Below, piece by piece: positions 12,733 to 24,587 of a stretch of DNA of 64,000 bases. The stretch is taken from assembly GCF_006345805.1 (NCBI RefSeq), contig NC_043010.1, positions 12,462,001 through 12,526,000 of the forward strand. Reading direction: 5' to 3'. The DNA comes from Octopus sinensis (Eukaryota). The notes below the pieces were generated by a model. That model was not told the origin of the DNA, made no database searches, and was given only the letters and a program-made list of their open reading frames with translations. The translations under genes and the position numbers were made by a program. The stretch's first letter is position 1. Each line of letters begins with the position of its first letter.

Positions 12733-13162
12733 TAAGGCTAGAACAACAATGCTAAAATGTATTTCAAATAATGGACAACAGTCAAAATATCATGATGGAT
12801 GGGTAAATAGGAAACCTTGAAGTGAAACAACGCATTGGTAGGTAAACAAAGGTATCAACAAATAAAAGAAAGAGACGGGAACATCACCTTTCGAGTAACT
12901 CAGAATAGGTAAAGGTAAGCTCACCAAAGTTTAATGCAGTTTAAATATGGAAATTAAGATTGTTCGGTATTGGATATTCATTACATATAGTGTTCCTAGT
13001 CAATTTAATCACTGTCACAGGTGGGCAGTCGAAATAAATAAATAGACGAAATCCTTTCATTTTTATTATACGTAGATCTGTAGGTATCGAAACATTTGCA
13101 GTGGTCATAAAAAGCTACCTAACCATACTTACTCTTCCTTTTGACTCTTTTACTCTTTACTT

Positions 13163-13236
<74 letters not shown>

Positions 13237-13479
13237 AACACACACACACACACACACGCATATATACATATATATTAAATTAGAGATAAAACACTATAGG
13301 CAAATCAAAAGTGAAAAAACATAAACCCATAAAATAGAAATAAAATTAATTAATATAATATACAAAATATATAAAATATAAAATTCAAAATTTTAATTAT
13401 TTAAATTTAAATTTAAAGTTAAAACTTAAAAAATTATTTAAATTATTAATTTATATTTATAAATTATATATATATATAC

Positions 13480-13650
13480 GTGCAGGTGGCACGTAAAATG
13501 CACCAATCCGACCATGGCCGATGCCAGCCTCGCCTGGCACCAGTGCAGGTGGCACGTAAAAAGCACCCACTACACTCACGGAGTGGTTGGCGTTAGGAAG
13601 GGCATCCAGCTGTAGAAACATTGCCAGATAAGACCGGAGCCTGGTGTTAA
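13480..13650 (+). mobile_element. Element C fragment with GGTGGCACGTAAAA subrepeats
   Basis: Matches the element C core. Confidence 0.8.
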
Positions 13651-14219
13651 GAGAGAGAGAGAATAAAGAGAAGGGGGAGAGAGAAAAAAGAGAGCATGAG
13701 GAGCACTTATCAAACCATACATTGTTTCTCTTTTCCTCTTCCTTCCCCTATCTCCTCTATCATTATTACTATTTTTCTGTTCTTCGTCCCTTTCTGTAGT
13801 CAGTCTTGCCCTTCTTTTCTCTACCTCCCCCATTTCATATATACACATATCATTGATCTTCACCACACTTTATCCACAATTCACTACACCCACTCCCCAA
13901 CCCAATCTCTACAGTCATCACCTACTCTTCCCAACATTCCACTTGTTCTTCATTCGTTATACTCACCCTCCCCCTCCCATTACCCAACTCCAATTATCTC
14001 TCGCTCTCATCATACATTTTCACAACCTCTACCCACCCCCACACTCTATTCTTCTTTCCCCACTCATGTCTACTCACCTCATACTTTGAGGGACCACTCT
14101 GACACCTCAAATAGCTCCTCCATAAATTTGCTACCATTTCTTTCCTGCTCTTTCTTGCACTCTTGCTGTCTCCTACTCTGTCTCTCTCTCTCTCTCTCTC
14201 TCGCTTTCTTTCTCTCTCT

Positions 14220-14255
<36 letters not shown>

Positions 14256-14259
14256 CTGG

Positions 14260-14691
14260 TAACTATGTACCTCCTCTACAGCAAGACACCTGTTTCTGTC
14301 TTGCTGTCTCACTATAACCTTTCATCATCTGACACACAATCACCTCCTCCAATGCTCCCACCCCTCTCAAAGGATCTTTGTCTTACAAGTAACTCGGTGA
14401 CCCTATCAGTGCTGGTGCCATGCAAAAAAGCATCCAGTCCACACTGTAAAGTGGTTGGCATTTGGAAGGGCATCCAGCTGTAAAAAATCATGCCAAAACT
14501 GACCTCGCCTGTGCTTGTGCCACATAAAAAGCACTCAGTCCACTCTGTTGGGTGGTTGGTGTTAGGAAGGGCATCCAGCTGTAAAAACCTTGCCAAAACA
14601 GACACAGCAGTCTGGTGCAGGCCCCTATCTAGCCAGCTCCTGTCAAACCATCCAACTCATGCCAGCATGGACATTAAACAACAACGACAAC

Positions 14692-14722
<31 letters not shown>

Positions 14723-14755
14723 GTGGTGGTGATGGTGGTGGTGATGATGATGATG
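14260..14755 (+). mobile_element. Element C-related copy with duplicated AGGAAGGGCATCCAGCTGTAAAA module and (GAT)n tail
   Basis: Module occurs twice (about 14460 and 14565); preceded by a long CT-rich leader. Confidence 0.75.
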
Positions 14756-15704
14756 CATATAACAAAAATCCTGTTCTGTTCTAACCCCTTATCTCATACT
14801 TTAACTTCTCAGCCCCTCAAATAGATCCACCTCAGTCTCCACTGTAGACCCCACTAAGTCAAAGAGGATTGTAGTCTTGCATGTTGCATGGCGACTCCAC
14901 TTGTGCTGATGTCACAAAACAAGGCCAACTAGATATGAATAGTGCCTATGCTAGAAGTAGATGTCCAAATGCCTACAATCCACTCTAAAAATTGTTCTCT
15001 ATAATCGACCACAGGTACAAACGCAAGGAAATAAGCAAGAAAATATAAAGTTATGGATAATTCTATACCTCGAGATTTCACGTTCGGCAAAAAATTGCTT
15101 TGCCATCTTCAGAAGAAATATATTTCTTGCTCATAGGCATAGGCGCCTGTCACATCTGGTAGCCCTTATTGTAATTATATTTCTATAATTATATACATAA
15201 ATTTAATTTAGATTTAAATGTTTTCATTAATGCATACACTATCATCATAAACTATGCAATATAGCTGCTCACTTTTCACTACTGATTTACGTTTTCAATT
15301 AATCTTTTTATATGGCAACCCACACTAATGGCTTTTAACAAACCTTCTCTTCCAACATATTGAATTTAATTTATTCAGTCTAAGTTATTTGTGTATTCTC
15401 CAAATATGGACCATAACTGTCTTCTATAAATCTTTTACTTCATCTTGTTTACTTTTTATCTCTCTTTCCCTCTCGTATGCATTATATTTATTGAAATTTT
15501 TTGCTTTCATCTCAATGTCTGATAACATCCCAGTTGGACCAAAACAGTCAAAACAGTTTGCAATGTAAAGCTTTCATTTTCATAAATATTTTCACTCTTC
15601 ACAAATGCTTTGAGCATTTAATTATCATATTGACTTAATTAGATTTTTTCAACTAACACTCTTCTAAACATTACATACATGCATACATACACACATACAT
15701 ACAT

Positions 15705-16244
15705 GGTGGCTGCCCCTTCGTTATCGAGTATGGCTATTACACGAAGCTTAATCAATGTTGTTATCGTGCAATGCCTGTGCAAGAAGATTTTTTTTTTTAA
15801 AGTGAGGAAAGGCTGTGCACTGAGTCAATCCCACTCACTAAGCAACAGCAGCCATAATCCGAAAAGAAGAACAAGTCAACATCATCGGTAACCACTGAGC
15901 CGCAGGTTTTATGTCGGTTACCTGGGTTACCTTCTCCTAGAAGGATGCCCTAACAAAGGCTAGGAGTCCTTCACTCCCAATGGTTTAACCGCACGATCAG
16001 GTATTCAGTCCGATTATTTCTATGTCTCCGCGCATGATACAGCCTTAAGACATTTATTGGATGGCCATTGACTCCCAAGAATTCCTTCGCCCTTTGACGG
16101 GTTTTGTTTATCATCCCGCAGGGTGTCCAATAAACACCCTCCTCACCAAGCAAGTTCGGTGGGGTTGCCAGTTTAGTCGCCAACGACCCGACCATGCAAC
16201 AAGTTGCACTGGGTTACATGTTACCAGTAGCACTCGAAAGTGAC
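15705..16244 (-). mobile_element. RTE-like non-autonomous element inside a (TACA)n microsatellite
   Basis: Element strand has CCTAGCCTTTGTTAGGGCATCCTTCTAGGAGAAGGTAAC, like the RTE-clade 5'-UTR motif (from memory); (TACA)n on both flanks; no ORF. Confidence 0.65.
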
Positions 16245-16334
16245 CATACATACATACATACATACATACATGCATACATACATACATACATACATACATA
16301 CATACATACATACATACATACATACATAAATGTA

Positions 16335-17032
16335 TCTTCCAGATATTATCTTCCCATGAGGCATAATGCAGTGGCCAAAACAGTCTAGAACAGGATGACA
16401 AAAAAGAAAATACCTACAAAGTTGACCATATTGAGATCGATGGGTCAAAAGAATACTGGAAGAACTTACAAATTAAAACAACCACTAAGCTAAAGCACAA
16501 CTGGCCAGATATCATTGTGGAACCACAAAGAAAGATATGTTCTACAGTTCTATATTTAAGAGATGAGGAATTATGTACATTATTTACATTATTTACATTC
16601 GGCGACTATTTGTCCTCAGCTTGTTTGTTGTTAACACAATGTTTCAGCTGATGTACCCTCCAGCCTTCATCAGGTATCTTGGGGCTCTCATTCCTAAGGT
16701 ATTTTTCGATGTAATTATTATTGTTGTTGTTGTTGTATACTGTAAATGATATGTTCTGTTGTGGAAATCAGCTGCCCTCTGGACAAGAATGTGGTTAGCA
16801 AAACATATTATCATTATTAATAAGGAGTCTGCAAATCCAGTACCCAAAATATAGTTCCAGTTTCAAACCCATCATTATTGGAATAACAGGATACATACCA
16901 ACCAGTCTGGAGCAAAGTATGGCTGAACTTGGGATCTTGGGGAGAGAATACAAATCCGTAAGTCAAATGCTACAAATGATCACAATATTTGGAACTATAA
17001 AAATCTACAAGACCTTCTTAAGATTTTAAAGG
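16335..17032 (+). mobile_element. Decayed R4/NeSL-type LINE, restriction-like endonuclease C-terminus
   Basis: Frames read YYLPMRHNAVAKTV ... EYWKNLQIKTTTKLKHNWPDIIV ... ICSVVEISCPLDKN ... FKPIIIGITGYIP ... GTIKIYKTFLRF*, matching the RHN-x-PD-E motif order; interrupted at 16544-16747. Confidence 0.8.
16544..16747 (-). mobile_element. SINE-F, 5'-truncated, flanked by a 10-bp TSD GATATGTTCT (16534-16543 and 16748-16757)
   Basis: Matches 27686-27880; removing it restores the R4-like reading KICS/VVEISCP. Confidence 0.85.
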
Positions 17033-17169
17033 ATGATGAACAAAACAAGATACTTTTTTTCACAACCTTACTACCAAGCAGATGGCCAGTCGAAATTTAC
17101 TCTAAAATTAAAAAGAGAAAGAGAACATACACACACGTATACACATGCATACATATGTACATATATACA

Positions 17170-17552
17170 TACAACATGTATCAAAATCAAAATCGAAATC
17201 GATCAACATCAATGGAAATTGTAGCTGTGATACCAGTGCCGGTGGCACGTAAGAGAACCATCCAAACGTGGCCGTTGCCAGCGCCGCCCCAACTGGCCTC
17301 CGTGCTGGTGGCACATAAAAAGCACCATCCGATCATGGCCATTTGCCAGCTTCGTCTGGCACCTGTGCCAGTGGCACGTAAAAAACACCCACTACACTCA
17401 CGGAGTGGTTGGCGTTAGGAAGGGCATCCAGCCATAGAAACATTGCCAGATCAGACTGGGCCTGGTGCAACCTTCTGGCTTCCCAGACCCCAGTTGAACC
17501 ATACAACCCATGCCAGCATGGAAAGCGGACGCTAAACAATGATGATGATGAT
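17170..17552 (+). mobile_element. Element C, long copy: three 5' subrepeats, AGGAAGGGCATCCAGC core, (GAT)n tail
   Basis: About 10 copies in the window. Core motif resembles the 5' region of RTE/Rex3-type LINEs (from memory); microsatellite tail is RTE-like. Confidence 0.85.
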
Positions 17553-18061
17553 GTATGCATACATACATACAAAACACACACACAGTCACCTACACACACA
17601 CATGCATACATACATATTTACATACATACAATCTGTCCATGATCTCATAATTATGTCTAAGGGTGAATCTTTCTCCAGACATCTTTAAAGTGTCAATTAT
17701 TTGCCAAGAGCCTCAGTGGATGGATACTGAGAATTTTCTGTACAAAAACCATTAATGATTGTGTTAATCCTCTGGAAATTGTCTATCTTAAGTAGTTTAA
17801 ATTACTGTTGACAATCAAGCCTTACCCATCAACAGGAGAAATTGCAAAATTTTACATCAGCAAATTAATCCTTTTATAGTATATGCACTTATCTTAACCA
17901 TATCCCATCTCTTCAGGTTCAATTTATACATTAACACCATAGATAACTTTCTGTAAAGTGTTACACATGTATACACACCTCCCTAAGACCAGAAATATCA
18001 CAAAATATTCAGCTAGGCTATAATCGTTAGCAAGTCGGGCTAACATGTGTGGCATCACAAG

Positions 18062-18360
18062 CAGGTGTCTTCTACTATAGCTTTGGGCCAACCAAAGCCT
18101 TGTAAGTGGATTTGGTAGACAGAAATTGAAAGGCGGCAAGCTGGCAGAAATGTTAGCACGCCAGGCGAAATGTTTAGCAGTATTTCATCTGCCGCTACGT
18201 TCTGAGTTCAAATTCCGCCAAGGTTAACTTTGCCTTTCATCCTTTCGGGGTCAATAAATTTAGGTACCAGTTACGCACTGGGGTCGATGTAACCGACTTA
18301 AGCCCTTTGATGTCCTTGTTTGTCCCCTCTATGTTTAGCCCCCTGTGGGCAGTAAAGAAG
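18062..18360 (+). mobile_element. SINE-A fragment (18062-18129) joined to full SINE-B (18130-18360)
   Basis: ...GGTAGACAGAAATTGAA|AGGCGGCAAGCTGGC. Confidence 0.88.
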
Positions 18361-18734
18361 TAAATAAATATTATACCTTCCTTTTATCATGCAATTGTAC
18401 TAACCTTACAATTTTCCCTAAAAAAGGTCTTTCTTAGTACATCGGTTGTATGTTATTAGGAATAAAATGACATCAAGCAATTAGTTATATTAGGCTTCCA
18501 ACCAACAAATTCAAATCCAGGATTGATCAACACTCTTGTTCACTCAGAAATATTGCAGTTGATCATTGAATCTCCAAAACATTAACAATTTCATAAGCAA
18601 GTGGGAAATATTAAACCATGTCAAGCTTTATATGCACAATGAATATTTCAACACCTGTACCACAGAAATTATTATCATTATTTCATAATAATACCATCAT
18701 GAATAGATTTAGTATTATTTTGTCTGCAAGACAC

Positions 18735-19312
18735 ACACAGCAGTGTAAAATTAACAGCGGAACTTGAAGCAATCCAGAGAAGATTCACAAAGAAGATCGT
18801 CTCTTTGCAACAGCTCAGCTACTGGGAAAGGTTGAAACAGCTAAGACTCTACTCCCTGGAGAGAAGACGGGAGAGGTATGCAGTAATATATGTCTGGATG
18901 ATCCTGGAAGGAATTATGCCAAATTTTGGCATTGTAAGCTACACCAATGCTAGAACGGGACGACACTTCATAGTGCCAAAGATCCCAGCAATGCCATCAC
19001 GCTTCAGGACCAGCTTCTGCAACAGCCTGGGTTTCAGGGGCCCACAGCTTTTTAATATTCTCCCAAAGAGTCTGAGGAACTTGCACAAAGTAGATGTAGC
19101 AGTTTTTAAATCAAAGCTGGACATCTTCCTGTCAAGAGTCCCAGATGAACCCACCTCACGGCAAGAGGTGCAAATGAGAGTAGCTATATCAACCTCCATT
19201 CTTCACCAAGTGCCACATATTTGAGGAGGTTCGTCGTAATAACAGTGTAGCACAAAACGGTGGTGCATCAGCATGGCCGCAGCTCTGAGATGAAACTAGA
19301 AGAAAAAAAAAA
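18735..19312 (+). mobile_element. CR1-like LINE 3' fragment: ORF2 C-terminus plus 3' UTR
   Basis: KLTAELEAIQRRFTKKI...SYWERLKQLRLYSLERRRERY...GPQLFNILP...FKSKLDIFLSRVPDEP (ORF track 18805-19224); short UTR ends in an A-rich tail. Confidence 0.92.
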
Positions 19313-19499
19313 GACAATCAAAATACCAATCAGAAAACTTTAAACCAATGATTAACAACCTTTGCCTTCATCCTCAGAATTTTAATTAATAATGTTTTCT
19401 TTTTTTTCTTTCTACATTTCTTAAACATTTTTGATTGATTGATTGATTGATTGAGGTTTATGTTCCTTTATACAATTTGATTATATTATTGACACTCGT

Positions 19500-19718
19500 A
19501 AAGGCAGCAAACTGACAGAGATATTCACACATTTGACAAAAAGCTTAGTGGTATTTCTTCTGGTTCTGTACATTCTGAGCTCAAATTCTGCCAAGATTTA
19601 CATTGTCGTTAATCATTTTAGGGTCAATAAAGTAAGTATTAGTAGGGCACCGGGGACAATGTAATTGACATCTCCCTCCCCTAAAATAGCTGGTTCTGTG
19701 CCAAAATTTGTTACCATC
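19500..19718 (+). mobile_element. SINE-B older variant
   Basis: Degenerate head and central domain with the alternative ...GTGCCAAAATTTG tail. Confidence 0.7.
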
Positions 19719-20323
19719 ATTGAGAATTTTACATATCTGTATATGTAGATATGAATGTGTGTATGTATGTACATAAGCATGTATGTGTATGCATACATAC
19801 ATAATACATAATACATTCATTCATACATACATACATACATACATACATGTGTGTGTGTGTGTCCATATTCATTATGTCATTTTTTTCACCTACTTTCTTA
19901 GGCATCCTTCCCACTGTTTTCAGCTGTCATCACCTCTGCTAATTACTTAATTACTGCATGCCTCAGTAATCATTCATGATTTACTAAACGATACATTCTT
20001 GAAGGTCAATCTCTTCTTGACCTAAATGTGTTTTTGCCAAAAATTTTATATGTAACCTCTACTGGCTTCAAATATTTATCAAGAAAAGTAACTTATTAAC
20101 AAGCATTCACACAAACAATCATTAAATATACAATATCCATAAAACCCTTATAATCAGCATTTGTCTAAGTCCCGCAAATTATAATCACTGCAAAAAAAAA
20201 CAAAAAACATTAATTTAAGAAATTCCCAGCATGCAGTCCTTTCATGCATTTTCCATTATTTCCTGTTCTTTGTTGTTGAAGACATTCAAAATTTAAATAG
20301 GTCTATATTTCTTTCTCTTTTAT

Positions 20324-20758
20324 CTCTTTTACTTGTTTCAGTCATTTGACTGCGGCCATGCTGGAGCACCGCCTTCAGTCAAGCAAATCGACCTCGGGAC
20401 CCACTCCTTGTAAGCCCAGTACTTACTCTATCGGTCTCTTTTGCCGAACCGCTAAGTGACGGGGACGTAAACACACCAGCATCAGTTGTCAAGCGATGCT
20501 AGGGGGAACAAACACAGACACACAAACACACACACACACCACACATACATATATATATATATACATAATACGACAGGCTTCTTTCAGTTTCCGTCTACAA
20601 ATCCACTCACAAGGCATTGGTCGACCCAGGGCTATAGCAGAAGACACTTGCCCAAGATGCCAGGCAGTGGGACTGACCCGGAACCATGTGGCTGGTGAGC
20701 AAGCTATTTACCACACAGCCACTCCTGCGCATAGCTACTTACCACACAGCCACTCCTG
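20324..20758 (-). mobile_element. SINE-A, full length, with a short head duplication
   Basis: SINE-A consensus; AGCTACTTACCACACAGCCACTCCTG repeated at 20733-20758. Confidence 0.92.
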
Positions 20759-20968
20759 AACATATATTTATGTTCTTTTCTGAAATTTGCCTTTTTTTTT
20801 TGTCGTTTCCGATTTTTTATTTCTCTATTTGTTCCAATTATTAAACTGCGGCCATACTGAGGCACTGCCTGAGAAATTTTTTGCTTGAATGAATTGACTC
20901 CAGTACTTGCTTCTTTTTTCTCTTTTTTGGTTAAGCCTGGTACTTATCTTATCAGTTTCTTTTACCAA

Positions 20969-21130
20969 AGGCGCAGGAGTGGCTGTGTGGTAAGTAGCTT
21001 GCTTACAAACCCATGGTTTCGGGTTCAGTCCCACTGCGTGGCACCTTGGGCAAGTGTCTTCTACTATAGCCTCGGGCCGACCAAAGCCTTGTGAGTAGAT
21101 TTGGTAGACGGAAACTGAAAGAAGCCTGTC

Positions 21131-21195
<65 letters not shown>

Positions 21196-21420
21196 GGTAT
21201 GTATGTATATGTTTGTGTGTCTGTGTTTGTCCCCCCCCCCCCAACATCGCTTGACAACCGATGCTGGTGTGTTTACGTCTCTGTCACTTAGCAGTTCAGC
21301 AAGAGAGACCAAAAGAATAAGTACTAAGTTTACAAAGAATAAGTCCCGGAGTTGATTTGCTCGACTAAAGGCGGTGCTCCAGCATGGCTGCAGTCAAATG
21401 ACTGAAACAAATAAAAGAAA
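20969..21420 (+). mobile_element. SINE-A, full length
   Basis: SINE-A consensus. Confidence 0.93.
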
Positions 21421-21439
21421 AAAAAAGAATAAACCTCTA

Positions 21440-21670
21440 AGTAATATGAATGTAAACACACCAACACCAGTTGTCAAGCAATGGTGGGGGACAAACAGAC
21501 ACAAACACACACACACACATATATATGACAGGCTTCTTTCAGTTTCCATCTACTAAGTCCACTCACAAGGTTTTGGTCTGCCTGAGGCTATATTTGAATA
21601 CACTTGCCCAAGGTGCCACATTGTGAGACTGAAACCAGAACCATTCAGTTCAGAAGTAAACTTCTTTATA
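21440..21670 (-). mobile_element. SINE-A, older partial copy
   Basis: Degenerate SINE-A head and body. Confidence 0.8.
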
Positions 21671-21833
21671 TCATAAAACTGGTTATGCAGCCTTACAAAG
21701 ATGAAGAAGCTGAGGGCTGGACAAAGATACAAAGATAATGGAATGAAAAAAATGGTTGGTTGGAGAAGCAGGCAACGCCCGCCGATTGTTGCTTCTCGAA
21801 AACATTGTTCTCTTTTTTTAATAAAACAAAATG

Positions 21834-22240
21834 AGGCGCAGGAGTGGCTGTGTGGTAAGTAGCTTGCTAACCAACCACATGGTTCCGGGTTCAGTCCCAC
21901 TGCGTGGCATCTTGGGCAAGTGTCTTCTGCTATAGCCCCGGGCCGACCAATGCCTTGTGAGTGGATTTGGTAGACGGAAACTGAAAGAAGCCTGTCGTAT
22001 ATATGTATATATATGTGTGTGTGTGTATATGTGTTTGTCCCCCTAGCATTGCTTGACAACCGATGCTGGTGTGTTTACGTCCCCGTCACTTAGTGGTTCG
22101 GCAAAAGAGACCGATAGAATAAGTACTGGGCTTACAACGAATAGGTCCCGGGGTCGATTTGCTCGACTAAAGGCGATGCTCCAGCATGGCCACAGTCAAA
22201 TGACTGAAACAAGTAAAAGAGTAAAAGAGAGTAAAAGAGT
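21834..22240 (+). mobile_element. SINE-A, full length
   Basis: SINE-A consensus. Confidence 0.93.
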
Positions 22241-22343
22241 ATTGAACCTTTTACCTCAGTTCAAAGAATGGACGCAATCGTCCTTACAAATTGAGGCACT
22301 GAGCCCCTTACGGAACTTCTTACCACACAACTATGCCTGCACC

Positions 22344-22739
22344 TCTTTTACTCTTTTACTTGTTTAAGTCATTTGACTGCAGCCATGCTGGAGCCCCACC
22401 TTTAGTCGAGCAAATCGACCCCAAGGCTTATTCTTTGTAAGCTTAGTACTTATTCCATCAATCTCTTTTGCCGAACCGCTAAGTGACGGGGACATAAACA
22501 CACCAGCATCGGTTGTCAAGCGATGTTGGAGGGGACAAACATATACACACACACACATATATTTACATATATATACGACGGGCTTCTTTCAGTTTCCGTC
22601 TACCAAATCCACTCACAAGGCTTTGGTTGGCCCGAGGCTATAGTAGAAGACACTTGCCCAAAGTGCCACACAGTGGGACTGAACCCGGAACCATGTGGTT
22701 GGCAAGCAAGCTACTTACCACACAACCATGCCTGCACCT
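22344..22739 (-). mobile_element. SINE-A, full length
   Basis: SINE-A consensus. Confidence 0.93.
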
Positions 22740-22916
22740 ATTTATTTATATTTGTAAAACTACTTCCAGCCAGAAAACAAGCTTCAGACACCACACAGCC
22801 AGTTGCCTGAAGATCAGATATGTGAAACCCGGGAGTAATGACTCATAAAAACCATTCAGCACTGAACAAAACCTATTCCACTCGACTGTAAAAGATTAAG
22901 TATATTTGTGTGTAAA

Positions 22917-23146
22917 AGGCGGCGAGCTGGCAGAATCGTTAGCACGCCGGACGAAATGCATATCTGTATTTCGTTGCCGTTACGTTCTGAGTTCAAATTC
23001 CACCAAGGTCAACTTTGCTTTTCATCTTTTCGGGGTCGATAAATAAAGTACCAGCTACGCACTGGGGTCGATGTAATCGACTTAATCCCTTTGTCTGTCT
23101 TTGTTTGTCCCCTCTATGTTTAGCCCCTTGTGGGCAATAAAGGAAT
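22917..23146 (+). mobile_element. SINE-B, full length
   Basis: SINE-B consensus. Confidence 0.92.
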
Positions 23147-23321
23147 ATATATTTGTGTGTAATTATATACACTTGAGTTTCAAGATTATATTTGTTTACT
23201 CTTTGTGTGTTAAATCATGATATTTTGTAAAATGATCCATTTTTTACTTTAGTATTTGTTTATAATCCTGGCAATCAGCAGACAAGCAATTATGTGTTTC
23301 AGTGCTGAAATCATTATGAAA

Positions 23322-23714
23322 TCTTTATATATAAAAGTGAGGTTGTGTGCTGTCTGTCTCCTATGATTTAGATTCCTAACTACTCCCACATTTTGCGGTG
23401 CAGTGTAACCAAAACCAGGTATCTTATAGTCGTGATTCATATCGAGCCCTTCTGGGTATTAGTGCGCATCTACGATGAGTCTATGATTTAAAAAAAAATT
23501 TACCATCAATTTTTCCCATTTTTAATGCATTTTTGGCATATATAAGGGAAGTAACTCTCTAAAAATTTATTAAATCTCAGAACGTAAAAAGCTACAGTAA
23601 CCCCCCTCCTTTGTGGTTAGCCATATTGAGATGGCTATTATACTTTACATCTCTAAAAATGCTTATATAGTTATTTCCCTTACAAACCCGAGCAACGCCG
23701 GGCGATACTGCTAG
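23322..23714 (+). mobile_element. Non-autonomous Helitron
   Basis: A|TCTTTATATATAAAAG 5' end; subterminal GC hairpin CCCGAGCAACGCCGGG; CTAG|T 3' end; no TSD. Confidence 0.82.
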
Positions 23715-24199
23715 TCTAGTATATACAGCTAATGAGAGGTATTTACGTATTTGTTTTGTCTATTCTCTATTCATTGTTGTTCATGCTTTTTTTTTTCACC
23801 CCACAGTTATAATTTTGATGCATACAGTCCGTTTCTCAGCATAACACATTGGTCCTTTCACTATGGCTTATACCCTATCTTCTCTCTCTCTCTCTGTAAC
23901 CTTTTCTCTCTTTCTCTCTTCCTCACCATCTACCAGTTTCCTCTCTGCCTCTTCCTCTTTTATTAATACTTTGTTGCTGCCCCTGCTTTTCCCATCATAC
24001 TGTTCTCTTGTCCTTCCTTCTAACAAGGTTCACACCAACCAGATGCGCTGATCTCTCTCTCATGTGATATTTTGACAAAAATCTTAATTTCTCTTTTCCT
24101 ATTTGCTAGCATCATCTCCGTTTGTTTCATTCTTAACTGTAACGTAGCCATGAGTGAGCAAGGGTATGGAAGATGAGGAGTAAACTAAATATATTTTTT

Positions 24200-24428
24200 T
24201 TTCTTTACTACCCACAAGGGGCTAAACACAGAGGGGACAAACAAGGACAGACAAACGGATTAAGTCGATTATATCGACCCCAGTGCGTAACTGGTACTTA
24301 ATTTATCCATCCTGAAAGGATGAAAGGCAAAGTCAACCTTGGCGGAATTTGAACTCAGAACGTAACGACAGACGAAATACAGCTACGCATTTCGCCCGGC
24401 GTGCTAACTTTTCAGCCAGCTCACCTCT
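24200..24428 (-). mobile_element. SINE-B, full length
   Basis: SINE-B consensus. Confidence 0.92.
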
Positions 24429-24569
24429 TAGAGTATACTAGATATAGCAAACAAATTATTTCCTGGAGACATAGCACTTTCAATAGAAACCATTAGATGC
24501 GCCAACAGTAATAGGTTACGTACATGATGTCAAACTAAATTTTCAGACTGCATGTGAAATAATACTTAC

Positions 24570-24587
24570 AATACTTGTGACTTGTGG
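24570..24587 (-). CDS. Candidate 18-nt micro-exon CCACAAGTCACAAGTATT
   Basis: Minus strand TTTACTAAAG (branch-like) CTTCTCTCTCTCTCTACAG|18 nt|GTAAGT; length divisible by 3; no stop in any frame. Confidence 0.45.

Noticed and set aside
15330-15660. Purine-rich minus-strand segment that looks coding
   Set aside because: Multiple stops and no recognisable motif; possibly a very old transposon remnant.
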